This document shows, in pieces, positions 1 to 13,429 of a DNA stretch of 55,376 bases. Position numbers and translations under genes: made by a program. The DNA lies in assembly GCA_002256025.1 (NCBI GenBank), contig NKIB01013590.1, positions 1 to 55,376 of the forward strand. Direction: 5' to 3'. The DNA is from Asterionella formosa. Its lineage: Eukaryota. Each line of letters opens with the position of its first letter. Position 1 is the first letter of the stretch. The notes below the pieces were generated by a model. The model had not been told where the DNA came from and ran no database searches. It saw only the letters and a list, made by a program, of their open reading frames with translations.

Positions 1-88
1 AACAACGACAACAACGACAACAACGACAACAACGACAACAACGACAACAACAACAACAACGACAACAACGACAACAATAACAATAACC
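1..88. repeat. Microsatellite (AACAACGAC)n degrading into (AAC/AAT)n; truncated by window start
   Basis: Directly visible 9-bp and 3-bp periodic repeat. Confidence 0.95.
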
Positions 89-1039
89 ACATTGCATAAT
101 GCATTTTACCACGAAAGTTATAATTTGTTCCTTCACCATGTTCTAGTCAGTAGCTGTTTTCCATTAAAAGAAGCCTGGTGCGGACGGTCCTCCTCCTATA
201 CCTTTGCTTTGTACTAGCCATGTGTACATTCTACATAACAAAAAGCTGGCGCGCAGTCTATGCTTTGTCAGTATACTTTTTGGCAAGCAATGCAGACCTC
301 ACGAAAATCTGACGAACATGGTGAATCGTCACGATTTTCAACGTTGTGATTTGCAAAAGGTTAGTACCAGTAACGCCGCTAGATTGCACTACATAGGATG
401 TCTGAACTAATTCAACTATTTTTCCCACCTTTTCGGAGCGTCTATAAGCAAAACTACCGCTACAACGAAGACTCTAACAGGGAAAATATCTAGCTGTAGC
501 AAATCTATCGAATATGCGAATTTTGTTGCACAGAAATAGCTGTTGCAGGTATTCGCGTTCATCTGATGATCATGTCATTGTCGTCGGGCTCAGTAGAAAA
601 TAAGAGCTGCAACCAAAGCTATTTCTTTTCGGAAAGGCTACAATTTGTCTACAATGATTATTTTATCAAATAAAATTCGGTTAACAAATCAAATCAAAAG
701 AAACGTTGGTAGATATGTTTTATATATACTGGCACCCGTAGTTCTATAGAAAAAGGAGTCGCATACCGGTACTATATTAGTGTTCATCGAATATCGTTGT
801 AGTCAGTCGAAAATGAGAGGTATTTCCGAGATACTTCAAATAGTAAACAGTGATATCTCTAGCAAGTGGCTGGCCTTAGTGAAAGTAGCATTGGATGTAT
901 AGCTGTGTTAAATCGAATTGAATGAGATAATTTATTTTGTGGTTTTACAAATGATGGATCAAATATCTATATCGGCCGTTGTCTCTTTCTATAAAACAAA
1001 TATCCGTACATAATCGCTATTTAATCGTGTTTTATTACC

Positions 1040-3045
1040 ATGAACGACGACGATTGCTGTTTGATATGTGGTAGCTAAGGGTCCATTTGTTTCCCTTCAC
1101 CGTCATTACGCACATAGCCCCGAATGCCAAACAGCTGCTGAGTTGTTTTGTAAACCAGCAACTGGTCCAGACGACCTTCAGGAAGAATATGATGGATTTC
1201 ATCAATCTCTACCATCACCTGCTGATGACTTTTCGTCGTCATTAAAGAAAAGGGCCAAAATTTGTATACAAGCGAAATAGTGGTACAGGATGAAACCAAT
1301 ACTACTATTCCAGTCCTGAGCACCACAGGGATTAGGTTTTCCTCCGCCGATCCTGGTATACCATTCTCAGTTGGCGATGTAATGAAGTCTCGACTGCTTA
1401 GTCTTTTGCTCGTCACCCATTCTCCTCTTTACATGTTAGATCAAATCAAGAATTTCTGCAGCACAGCTCAGGAAGCTGGATTCATTTTGAATCTTGTCCT
1501 CCCAGGAGGACCACTGTTCTGAAAGAATTTCAAAACCGATTTAACATGAATGATTGAACTCCCCAGGTGAAACAGGCCATATTGCATGAGGGAAAACTGA
1601 TTGATGTTGTATGTTTTGATTTCATGGCTCAGGCTAAGAATCTCTTGACAAATGACACACTAATGTCACCACAAAATGTGTTATTTGATTTCGTCAATCT
1701 GTGTAAAGCACCACAACCCACCAGTGTCAGATCCGAATTTATCACTGGTACCTAATGGATACATGCCCATGAATATTTATGTTCTCAACCAATTGAATTC
1801 CTTGTTCCACTCATGTTCTTTATTGACAAGACACACACGGTTGAAAAAAGAAAGTAAACAATGGAGCCTGTCCTAATGTCACTTGGTATATTTACTACCA
1901 ATGTGAGAAATAAGGTCAATGCCTGGCGGCCAATCGGATTGATCCCAAAGCTGACATCATCAAGTTTATCTGAAATCCAGTCCCTAACCCCTGATCAAAA
2001 GGAATCCGATTATCACGCTGTCCTTGGTGTGATTCTTGAGGGGGTCAAGAATGTCCATCAAGCTGGTGGATTCAAACACATTTTCAACTTCGGAGGCAAT
2101 CAATTTACATTTAATGTGAAAGTTCCGGTTGGTCTAATTCTCGGTGATGCTGAAGGTTTAGATGCACAATGCGGACGAAAGAAAACATATCTTAAGACTG
2201 CCAGAATGTGTCGTGAATGTGATTGTACGTTTGATCAAATGGACAATCCATCTCATGAATGCAGTTCTGTAGGTCAGATTGATTACGAGGAACTATTAAT
2301 CCGGGGCATAAAAGATTTATTGGATAATGTGAGCCAAAGATTCATCTATACCTCTTGGTAATCAGTTGTGTCGTGGTGGCGATCCTCTTGGTGTTAATGG
2401 GCACGTTCCTCCTGAAAAACTACATTCCATTCAAGAAGGAATAATGGATCACCTCATGGAGCTATATTCTTATATGATCGGGCGCCCCAAAACAGTGAAG
2501 GGTAATTCCAATCGAAAACTGTTTGACCAGTTGTTCAACAAAATATCTAAATTCTTCCTTCACCAGAATGACCGAGACCTTCCTCGTTGTTCCTTCAATT
2601 TCGGCTTTCATGGTTGCAAAACGAAAACAGCTGCTAACGAAAGAATCGGAGTGATGCTTATTGCCTGTGTTGTCATGGCATGTGATGCTGGAATCAAAAT
2701 CTGCCGAGAAGAAAGTGGTATGACCAATGAAGAAATTCGAAAGGTCTATTCGAAGGGATGCTCTACTACAATGCCTGGTTTAGTAAAGAGAGCAATGATG
2801 TGGGAAATTTACCACAGGAACACCAAAGCGTTGTCAACTGTTTTACTAAGCTGGTAAAAGAATGCCCGAGAACAACAACCTCTCAGGGATGAAAGCTTGC
2901 GAAGTTTCATCAACAGATGCATAGTACTGTAAGAAACATTCATCGTTTCGGAAGTCCACAGGTTTTTAATGGAGGCCAAATGGAAAAGAATCTTAAATTC
3001 TTTTGTAAATTACCAGCCAGGACTTCCCAGAATCGCATAGGAAAT
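1040..3045 (+). mobile_element. Degenerate Plavaka/CMC-like DNA transposase pseudogene
   Basis: Successive frameshifted or stop-interrupted ORFs (1567-1755, 1861-2361, 2366-2857) carry EPVLMSLGIF..AWRPIGLIP, YHAVL, LILGDAEGLD..C, CRECDC, PPEKLHSIQEG, DRDLPR and a later K.HQ.H...I..FGSP motif, the order recalled for Plavaka-type transposases. Confidence 0.65.
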
Positions 3046-4035
3046 GGCCATTGCGGCACATCTTAATTTTGACTCACTACGGCGACATGCATTGAATGTT
3101 AAAAATATGCAACAGCTGTTTCTTAACGAATTTGCGGATTCAATTGTTGTCAGCTACTTATCCTTTCCTTCTTTTTCTATATTTTACTTGCTAGAGTTAT
3201 CGCTGTAGACTATTTGTAGCTGCTCCGAAACGGAGAAGGCCATTGCGGCACATCTCAATTTTGACTCACTACGGTGACATGCAAGGTTAAAATATGCAAC
3301 AGCTGTTTCTTAACGAATTTACGGATTCAATTGTTGTCAGCTACTCATCCTTTCCTTCTTTTTCTATATTGTACTTGCCACAGTTATCAATATAGATGTA
3401 GTCTAGCCGATCGGAAAAGGAGAATGTCATTACAGCACATCTCAATTTTGACTCACTACAGCAACATGCAAGGTTGAAATATGCAACAGCTGTTTCTTAA
3501 CGAATTTACGGATTCAATTGTTGTCAGCTACTTATCCTTTCCTTCTTTTTCTATATTTTACTTGCTAGAGTTATCGCTGTAGACTATTTGTAGCTGCTCC
3601 GAAACGGAGGAGGCCATTGCGGCACATCTCAATTTTGACTCACTACGGTGACATGCAAGGTTAAAATATGCAACAGCTGTTTCTTAACGAATTTACGGAT
3701 TCAATTGTTGTCAGCTACTCATCCTTTCCTTCTTTTTCTATATTGTACTTGCCACAGTTATCAATATAGATGTAGTCTAGCCGATCGGAAAAGGAGAATG
3801 TCATTACGGCACATCTCAATTTTGACTCACTACGGCGACATGCAAGGTTGAAATATGCAACAGCTGTTTCTTAACGAATTTACGGATTCAATTGTTGTCA
3901 GCTACTCATCCTTTCCTTCTTTTTCTATATTTTACTTGCTAGATTTATCACTGTAGACTATTTGTAGCTGCTCCGAAACGGAGAAGGCCATTGTGGCACA
4001 GCTCAATTTCGATTCACAACGGAGACATGCAATGC
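3046..4035. repeat. Tandem repeat, ~187-bp unit, 5 full copies plus a partial one, alternating A/B variants (374-bp higher-order unit)
   Basis: Unit starts at 3046, 3238, 3425, 3612, 3799, 3986; near-identical ORFs at 3274 and 3648 (offset 374). Confidence 0.95.
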
Positions 4036-4835
4036 TAAACGATGCTCAACGAGTACCAACGGTGCTTTTTTCTAATCTGGCAGGCTATTGTAATCTCTAC
4101 AATCAACAATGACTAAAAAACGTGTCTACAACATCAACTACTACTACTACGTGTGCTGAATTCTACAGTGTGAATTTTCCTCTCGCATGTGTTATTCTTT
4201 GCCAGTTCAGATCAAAGAAATATGTCGGAGGGGAAAAAATAATAAGTGAATCGGAATTGGCGACTCTTTCGTTCATTAGATGGTGAAAGCAGCATAATAT
4301 TGCGGCGGAGCAGCATAATTTCGCTTTTATACTGTCGCGATGGCTAGTTGGTCAACATATATTGTCACGAACACACATAATTATTGGTGTGATCACATAA
4401 TTATTCGATAGTAAGTGAAATAAATTTTTGTTTAACCCGAATAAATGAGGGAAAAAGTAACATAATATTTCAAAAAAGTAGCATAAATACGTCACTTTAG
4501 ACATAAATTCGAAAAAGTGCTGTAAAGGCGTCTTAGATGGCATTGGAGTCATTTTAGAAGTCAAATGTTGCAAAACTCAGAATGCTAGAGTCTACAACTG
4601 CACTTCGCAGAGAAATGATCTACTGGATGTCTTGAATAAGTTTAGGTCCCACTAAGAGTTGCGCGGGAGGAACTGAAAGAACTCGAAAATAAAAATTATG
4701 ACTCTTCAAGTTCTGACATTGTCCAAGCTCGTTTAGAAATTGCGTTGTGTAAAAGAAAGCGTGATCAGGTCTTCAATCTCTTGTCTCAAGGTGACACATT
4801 GAAATGAATAATTTTTTTCAACAATCAATTATAAT

Positions 4836-6173
4836 CTACATTAAATTTAATTCATGTAATTCCAAGCTTTTTCTTTCAATACTAGCTGGAGGTCTTTGCA
4901 AACAACCCATGTTATCAATTCTTTCAAGAATAACATCTCGAATGACAGAACCACCAGGCATTACATCCAATTTCTCAACTGTTGGCAAATATCCCCAACG
5001 AAGTAGAGAATTGTAGACTGGGGTGATTTCAGCTAAAATCTCCTGGATGTCATCTGCCTCATCACTTCCAGATAACCCAGAAATATCCTTATCAACTTTA
5101 TTTCGTCTATGGCATAATTGTGCAAACGTGCACATACCTCAAGCACTTTTGCAGTTGTTTCCAAGCCAGTTGTTAAGTTTCTTTTTAGAACAGCCCATTT
5201 TGTCTGTAACAAACCAAATGCCATCTCTATCCTAATCCGTAGCTGGGAAAGAAAGAAATTATAGGCATCTTGTGGTTGGTCATCACGCTGAGAACCAACA
5301 AATGGAACTAACATGACATCTGACAATGTATATGCTGCATCACCAACAAGATAGAAACCAGAATCAAATAATGCAGTTTTGTTGGGTAGAGCAGTTCTCT
5401 CAAACGCAACTTGATCACTGCATCGTCCAGGAGCAATCACCCCAAAAAATATAAATCCACTCTCAACATCACAGATAGCCCGAACATTGATACCATAAGT
5501 CATGTAATGTCCAGAATAAAAAGCTCCTCGATTGTTTCCACAGTCACGTAGCGTGGGGCGACTAATTGTGGCTAAAAAACCATCAATAGAACCAACACAC
5601 CCTCTGATCAACCCTTCTGTGCTCTTTTGTTCAAAGGCTATAGCCAATTTCATCGAATCACTCCTTGTTTTAGGAAAATATAATTTTCAGATAATCACAG
5701 TCAAGCACAGATTCACGAAATGAATCTCGGCATCTATAGATTGAAGCTATGCTACATCCGTAGGCATGACGAATGTCAATGTAGCTGCCTCCAGCCAGCC
5801 ATCGAATGCCAATGGCCAGCACAATTTCTGGGTAAATGGGAGTAGCTGTACCGCACTTGGAGAAAATCCCAATGACATCACTCTCCAGCACGTAAACCAA
5901 CTTCTTAAAGGCTCGAAGGGACATTCTATAAGTCTTTTCAAAACCGTCCTCACGATACAGCTTCTTGACATGAGAATGCCATGACATTCTCTCATGCTCC
6001 CATTTCGCCTTCCTCTTTTTAACTATCGTTTCAGCCTCCAGAGCCAGATGACAAAGGATAAAGAATTGATCATGGTCATCATAATCAAAGAATTGATGAT
6101 TGTTTTCATTATCAAAAAATTGATTACTGATGGCATAATTACCATCATCATCATTGCCATCGTTGATATTCAC
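4836..6173 (-). mobile_element. PIF/Harbinger DDE transposase (DDE_Tnp_4), frameshifted pseudogene
   Basis: FEKTYRMSLRAFKKL and LAIGIRWLAGGSYIDI in 5670-6173; GSIDG, INVRAICD, LVGDAAY, RIRIEMAFGLL and CARLHNY in 5033-5653; frameshifts near 5660 and 5090. Confidence 0.9.
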
Positions 6174-6183
6174 GGCACCTTCT

Positions 6184-7710
6184 TCAGTCCAATGTTTCCA
6201 AGTATCTTGCCAACAAGTTCTGTCTGATTATTGGAAGCGGCGCATTGCCGTTGCGCTTGTACCATGTCACCATTGTTTTCAGTTCAGCTACGTTGTAGCT
6301 TCCAGCTCCCTTTCCAGTCTCTCTGATGGCCTGTACCTTCTGTGACAATTCAAAAAACCGTTGATTCAATTTCTGCTCCTTGTTTTTTTCCTGGATTTCA
6401 TGCCAGCGTTTGATTTCCAGCATATGCTCAAAAAGCGGTGGTCCTAGATAAGTGTTTCCAACAGCAAAGTGCAGTCCTGCGGTCATTCGTTTGTGTGTGT
6501 CGATTGCTGCTTGTGATGTTTGTTTTCTTTTCCTGGCATGTTCTGCTACATCATCACCATTTCCCACATCTTCTCTGTTTATGTATTCAACGATTTGGTT
6601 TGTAAGAGTTCCTGAAAGTCGTTCTTGCAGGTTGAGCTGGTCAGGTGTAATAGAGGTTCTGTTGCTGTGTAAGATTCTATTCAATGGGACAACACGAAAT
6701 TTCGTCAGCTGTATTTCAGGATTCAACAAACAATTATAGTTCAAAGGTCCCCAGCCTCACTCTGCTACCGCTTTTTTGTTTGTGCGTAATCTCGCAAAAC
6801 GTTTTCCCCGAGAAAAGTGAATTTGTAAGTTGCAGTCCCTCTCGGCATGTGATGGATGAGCGCATTTTACCCAACTGATCAATGAGCTCCACAATGTAAG
6901 GTTCCACTTCAAGCATAGGTGAGATGCGAGCTGTGTTTGTTCCTTGATTGTTTTATCTTTTTGCACGTGTGCTAACTGTTTCGAAATTAATATTGATAGC
7001 AGGAGGAATGCCAAGCAAGCGCCTCCTTTTCTCTCAGTATTATACAGGTAAGTGTATTTCTCTTCTCTCGTAATTCTCCTCCTCCTCCTTTTTCTTTTTC
7101 CTCTTCTCTCCCCCTCATTTATTCTGCTGCCGAATTGGAAATACATTCTTTCACTTTTTCTGCCATGATGGAGCTGGCTACTGCAGTTGTTCCCTTTGGA
7201 CGACCACCATAGTAGGGCAGGGTTGTAGTGGCAGAAATGGTGCTGCTGCTTTCAGTTGATACAGTAGTAGTGCTGGCAGGAGGCAAACTAGAACTTGCAG
7301 ACATAATCATAGTAGTAATGGAAGAATGATGATGATTTTTTCTGCTATAGCTGTAATTTTCTACACCTTCCATTGTCAGCATAGATATTTCGCTTTCTTG
7401 TGATTCTTCATGCACATCCTCCTCAGCAGGCTGTTTGTCCATGCTGGTAGCTACTGGTGCCACCAGATAACCTCATTTTACTTAGAATGTATTTCACTTT
7501 CTGTGTAGTCACCCATGGGACAAGTTCTTGTATATCGTGCACAGCACAAGAAATTGCGCCATATGGTAGATTTCCATTATTGTTCGCTTTCAACACTTCC
7601 ATATTTGTAGAAATGTTCAATAGGCAATGTTCAATCATCCTTGCTTTGTTTGTGCTGCCAATAGACGGAGCCGCCTTGCCCGAAGGCACAGTCGATTTCT
7701 TTTTTGCCAT
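6184..7710 (-). pseudogene. Fragmented companion ORF of the transposon, directly upstream of and co-oriented with the Harbinger transposase
   Basis: Chain of frameshifted ORFs (7423-7758, 7119-7463, 6734-6916, 6184-6744) with GRPKGTT, EPYIVELIDQL..EGLQLTNSL, GWGPLNYNCLLNPEI and a C-terminal AELKTMVTWYKR..LLARY helix motif. Confidence 0.55.
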
Positions 7711-8667
7711 AGTTTGGATGCATATTATGAGCCAAGAATTGCATACTGGTATGTACACATTTCCTTACAAGTATGTATGGGTGAAAGGGCGCAAGTTTAT
7801 GATGCTCAAGTTACTTAGACACTATCAAGTGACAGGGATAAGGATATGACAGGAATCATACAACAAATAAATCGAAAGCGATAATGTTTTATCGAGTTGC
7901 GTATATCATATAACAATGAGTCCTCAAAACATGGGATAATCCGTGTTCTGGCAATATTTTCGTCGATCGCACTTTTCAACCGATATTTTAGGAAAAACAA
8001 ATTGCTATAAACTTATATCTAATGACATAGCATCAAAGCGTACATGCTCAAGATTAGGGTCGAAGTTTTAAAATTAACAAATCTGCATTTGGTAGGGTCA
8101 AACCGTGTTTTTCTCCTGTTCAGTGGGTCACAGCGGTTCCAATTTTTTTTAGTGGGTCACAGCAGTTTTTTACTGGTAGCAGTGATCAGAACTCCCAGTA
8201 CCAGCACCGGTAGACACAGTACCAGCAGTTACCCGGTAAGCGGTACCTGGTGCCGGTACTGGTACCATAATCTAACATTGTGCGTGGTAGGAGAGTTAAT
8301 TTTACTGGTTTATTACCGGCAGAAGGTATTCTACTGGTATTTTATCTGGTTTAAAATATTCGAATAAAGCAACAACCGGACGAACGATGATCACCATTAG
8401 CTAGATGTATTGTGTTCCAGATCCTCTGCCTCCTGCCCCATCTGTAAATAAATAGCGGCACCTCGTAGGAGTACCTACCTGGTACAGTGCTCCCTACCGG
8501 TATATTGGTGGGTCGTCGCAACCACAATTTGCCACCATGCTCAGGCTCACAGTTAGTCATCCTCACTCACTTGTTTGCAAATGATCACTACCGGTATGCT
8601 ACATGCCAGGAGTACATGATAGTTCAATTTACTGCAGCAATAATCTCAGCAGTAGCAAGTGCTTCGA

Positions 8668-9868
8668 ATGCGGCATTTCTTCCTTGTGATATCAGTATTA
8701 CTGCTTGCTTCATTGTTCTCTATCCTCCCCTCGCTCGAGCTGGACCAGAGGACACGAGATTTTACCAACGTACCTTCCATTGATGACAGAAAAGCATTGC
8801 AAGCCACTGCATTTGTCTTCGGCCCAGTCGTGCACATCGTCGTTACAAGATTCATGCAGCATCAACCTACTCTTGTCGAACTTGGTTCCGCCAGATTGGC
8901 TCTCTTTCGGGCGTTTTGCCTACCAACAATGATCCAGCAAAGCAACCAGAACTTCCTTTGGGTAATCCAGACGGACCCACATCTTGACTCGACTTTAATG
9001 CAAGAGATGGTCTCACTACTGCAACCGCATTCACACTTTTTCCTCTTGCTATCCAATGACAACGGCCAGAACTTCCGTCGACAGGCAGTGAACGAGAGCC
9101 TTGTTGCGTCGGGCGACGTTGCGCTATTGTCACAGGCGAGGAAGCTCTCTGAAGACCACATATTTATCGAAACTCGAATTGACGCCGATGACGGGATCAA
9201 TCTCCGTCTGCTGCAGAACATTCAACATGTTTCTATACAACGACTGTCAAATCCTCCTGTCAATAGTGCCTCTCGCTGGTTAGTCTTTTGCATCGACCGT
9301 CACTTTGAATGGCACAACGCGGATGAATCACCAGAGGGTGTATTGGTCCTTGTATCAGAGGCTATTTGCGTCACTCCAGGTCTATCGTTTGCAATGGCCC
9401 CGGAGGTGTCACGAGATTCCTTGCCAAAAGGCGCCCATAACCGCCTTGTGTACAAGGCTTCGACGTGTAAAACGCAAAACGAGACGGCCTGCATCTATCG
9501 CATGTATCAAATTCATCGAGCGGCGGCCATTCGGGCGAGAACAACAACCAGCGCAGGTATGGCCAACATTGGAAAGACCTTCGAGAAAAACTCCTCTACG
9601 AAATTATTTTGGGATGCTGCCTCCATAGATCTTGGTATTGATAAAGGGGACGTGATCAACGCGAAGGCATATCTAGATGTGAGAAAGGTGGATATTGCAA
9701 GAGAGAATTTAGATGGTCAATGGTACGTTAAATTTCGGATCTATTGTGATTTACTACTTATGAATTCATTGCCAAGCTAATCTGCTATGTAGTACCAAAG
9801 GTCACTCCTGTAAAGAAGAATCTCTTGAAAAGCTAAAGGAAATATTAAACAAGTCGTTAAATGTCTAG
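8668..9868 (+). CDS. Putative glycosyltransferase (putative rhamnosyltransferase-like), type II membrane or secreted; exons 8668-9722, 9793-9868
   Basis: N-terminal hydrophobic anchor; VVTRF, RLALFRAFCLPTMIQQSNQNFLW and TRIDADD (DxD) motifs; removing GT..AG intron 9723-9792 gives ...GQCTKGHSCK...stop. Confidence 0.7.
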
Positions 9869-9900
9869 GATTAACAACTTGTGCTGCGATCTTCGTTTCC

Positions 9901-11708
9901 TTAAGATTGATTGCCTTGCAACATGATGCTGCCTCGCTTTATCTTGACCGAGTCAAGGCTCCGTACGTTACAGCTCTCCTGCTTACCAGAAGACCTAGCT
10001 GAGTCGTCATTCAATTGAATATCAGTTGTGCTGAATCGGCGAAGGAAAGGGCGTCTGACTCGTATCGCCGAGGTTGCTTCAGCCTCGAGCGCCGATTTTC
10101 CATGCTGAGAATCATTTGAGATTCGAAAGCTCTTTTGTTTGTAGGAGTCAAGACCTCGAAAACTCCTTTCCTCATGGTTGGAACCCAATGACTCGTCATA
10201 AAACGAAATGTCAGTGGTGCTCAATCGGCGCAGTAAAGGACTCATAAATCTTGTCACAGCGGATCCTTGTGTCATTTCTCGCTGGATTGATTCATTTGAA
10301 GGATTATAACTTTGGTCTGGCTTGCTCGAGTCACAACTACGAACGCTTAGTCCCTCACGGTGGCAAGAAGACCCATCTGACTCGTCATTACACTGAATAT
10401 CATGGGTGCTGAGTCGGCTTACATTTGACTTGCCATTCAACTGAGTATCGGATGTGCTACTTCGGCGCTTGAAAGCGCTTCTCAATCTATTTCGAAAGGT
10501 TGAAGTTGTCACTTTTGACTGGCTTGGAGAAGATTGCTGTTTTCCCTGTTTCGCAACCGGGGCCCTGGTAGTAGCGACTATGTCTTCGAGTGATTTGACA
10601 ACACAGCCAAATGATGGCCGTTTGCTAGGGTCTTTATCCCAGCCTTGTTTCAGGAGAGCTCCAATCACTGACGATGAAATGCTCTTGATTGACGGCCTTT
10701 TGTTACCCCGAACAACGTCGGCATCGAAGACAAGATTATCGCTCACATCACCAAAAGCCCTCTTTAGCGTGCAGATTTCCCACAGTGTAATCGAAAACGA
10801 GTAAACATCACACCCGAAACCATAGTCTTGCATTGTAGCAACTTCAGGGGCCATGTATCTGATAACAATTAGTCGAAGTGTTGAGTTGTACTATATAATA
10901 GAAATCTTCGACGACAACAACAACAAAGAGTTCAGATTTATCGCGCTTACCTTGGAGTTCCACAATTTCCCGTCATATGCCTTTTCCCTTCGTTTCTCGT
11001 ATTTTCGGAGGAAAAGTTAGGGTGATACTCCCGAGCGAGACCGAAGTCAAAGATTCGCACGATACCATTTTCATCAAATCCAATGTTATGCGGTTTTAAA
11101 TCCCTGAAGATGATGTTCAGAGAATGTAAATGTTGCATTCCTCTTGCAATCCCGAGACCCACTTTATCTATACGACTAATCATGTCCTTGGAAGATGCCA
11201 TGTTCTGAAATGGGAAACATCGTTGATCTCTCCACAAGTCAAGTCGTGATTCAAGGGTACAAGTTAGCAGATCCAATACAAGAAAGTAACCTTCTTTATA
11301 TGCATGGCTATCAATACCGTAGTCTTTCCTGACCGCATAAAGTCTGATAATGTTTGGGTGATGTAGACTGGATAAAACGATGGCTTCTAGGATCAAATCA
11401 ACGGCACCAGTGATAAATTTTTCTGAGCTAAAATCTTGCTGGGGTCTTAGCGATTTCAGGGCATAGACTCGATCATTAAAATGTTGTCCATCCTTCAATG
11501 AAACCGTGTAAACTGACGAAAATGATCCTTTCCCAATGAGTCGACCTACTTCTAAGTTGTCCCAATCAAGATTTTCAATCTTGTTCTTCGGATGTGGTTT
11601 TAATTGTGTGTCGCCCTTCAGAGTGTCAACGCGAGACAAGATTCTGTCCCCGACCGATCGAGAATGAACGGATTGGTCTAAGGCTCGCAACTCAAGGCTC
11701 ATTTTCAT
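9901..11708 (-). CDS. Protein kinase (TKL-like) with Ser-rich repetitive C-tail; exons 11708-10951, 10858-9901
   Basis: GKGSFS, YALK, FRDLKPHN and DFG motifs; GTPR|YMAPE is restored by removing intron 10859-10950 (GTAAG..CAG); DVYSF follows. Confidence 0.92.
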
Positions 11709-13429
11709 GCATAATCTAATTTAATGCGAGGGAAAGTTTTTGAGACTTAGCTGAACGGAAATGAGGACAAGGTAAAAAAATTCAAGGTGCTCTGCCTTTT
11801 TGTAAATAACAACGATGGATAAATTACTTGCTGTAATTTCTCGTTTCGCTTCTTCTCAATATATTCTGCAAGTGCATTGGTATTCTGCCTGTACCTGTTG
11901 TGATGTCCTCGGACTTCGTGTGTGCATGCAAGATACGCAAGAAGTTGAGGTCATTGCCACTGAGGACATGAAGCCGGACAAGGCATTTACGTTTGTCGTA
12001 CTGTTGGAATGTCGTTGAATCGCTGTTGAAATCAATTACTGGTACCGGTATCGATTTCGAATCTGCCAAGCGAGCGACAGTGCCAGTAGACATATCAGTA
12101 ATCCAGTGAAAGACGAATCTGCTAACCCAGCGACAGTAGACATATCAGTAATTCAGTGAAAGACGTTAAATGGCAGCTAATATTATCAAAACCCTACGTC
12201 AGAAAATGACTACCGAATGACTTTGCGGAAAAGCTAAGAAAAGTCATCGACTGTAAGGAAATATTGGGAAGAAAATGCATGCAATTTTCCTGAACATCAT
12301 AATCGCCCGTAGTTTCTCTAATACCTTTTTTGTGGTCTCGAAGAAATTAATTATTTATATCCCTCTTTCGTAATTACATCAATTTAAGACATTCTCTACA
12401 TATGGTGACATACGCGCTTTTCCGGCGCCATCTTTGTTGTCCGTTTGATGAAAATGTCCAGATATTACCTCATAATTGAAATATGGGCGACGTGGCAGTT
12501 TTATTTTTAATGATGCAATCCTGTTAGGGTTCAGCTATGACTTCGAAGTTACAGACATATTTACCGGTAGTACCAGGGTACCAGTGTATTCATACAATGC
12601 AAGGTGCAAGCAATATCGATTTATGTCTTTACAACTACTGTCATCACCAGGTATGATAATTATCCGACGAACCCTTAAATACTTTTTAAAAATACCGAGC
12701 GACTGACGGTAATGATTTATTACAGTACCTGGTACACACAAACAAGTCGAGTTGGTATCATGTGAGAGTTTATTGTTCAACATTGCATGCACTACGTTAT
12801 CGCTCTTCCTTGTTGTAAATATAACGTAGCAAGCCCTGTTGCAAACTCACAGAAACGCAAGTTGCTCCAATTTGCTTTGCTAAAATGGACTACGTGACGC
12901 AGGACAGGCGCTTAAAAAACGAAGCAAAGAACGAAATAGAGAACGCCAATTCTATCCTTGAGCGAATCGACAGGAGTATCACGCGTTGTCAGTGACGTAG
13001 GCTTTATGGTAATTATTTCTTTTAAACTCGGAACCGTCAAAACGAGGGCTAATGGCTGAAAAAACAAGTAAATGACAATGACTGGAGCAATACGTAAAGA
13101 GGCGGCCCAAAGCGAAAAAGCGAAAGTAAGCGATAGTACTTAAGCAGCAGTAAGCAATAGTGGGTGTGCTCTGATAATAAATTTTTTTTACATCCTGTGT
13201 GTATTAGTAAGTCAAACACAAATTATATTGGCGATTTGATTCATAATATCGTCATTCCCCTTTGATAAACGAGAAAATTTAGATTACTTATCTGACATTC
13301 AATAAAAATTTAAATATAATTTATAACAGTTAAGTTTTCATAGTGATGCATCCTCTTGTACTATGCTACGCTGCCTCTTGTTCATTATATGCATGAATTC
13401 CATATATTCAACATCATTAGTCAGTGACC

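Noticed and set aside
3046..4035. CRISPR-like reading of the repeat with variable segments
   Set aside because: The conserved part is ~130 bp, the variable segments alternate between only two types, no cas genes are present, and the context is eukaryotic
4643..8165. Possible Harbinger TIRs (GGTCCCACTAA vs TTAGTGGGTCAC)
   Set aside because: Only an 8-bp core matches and no target-site duplication is seen, so boundaries are not supportable
12083..12165. Short direct repeat CAGTAGACATATCAGTAAT.CAGTGAAAGACG x2; similar small duplications at ~16017-16058 and ~33738-33777
   Set aside because: Ordinary local slippage duplications with no further structure
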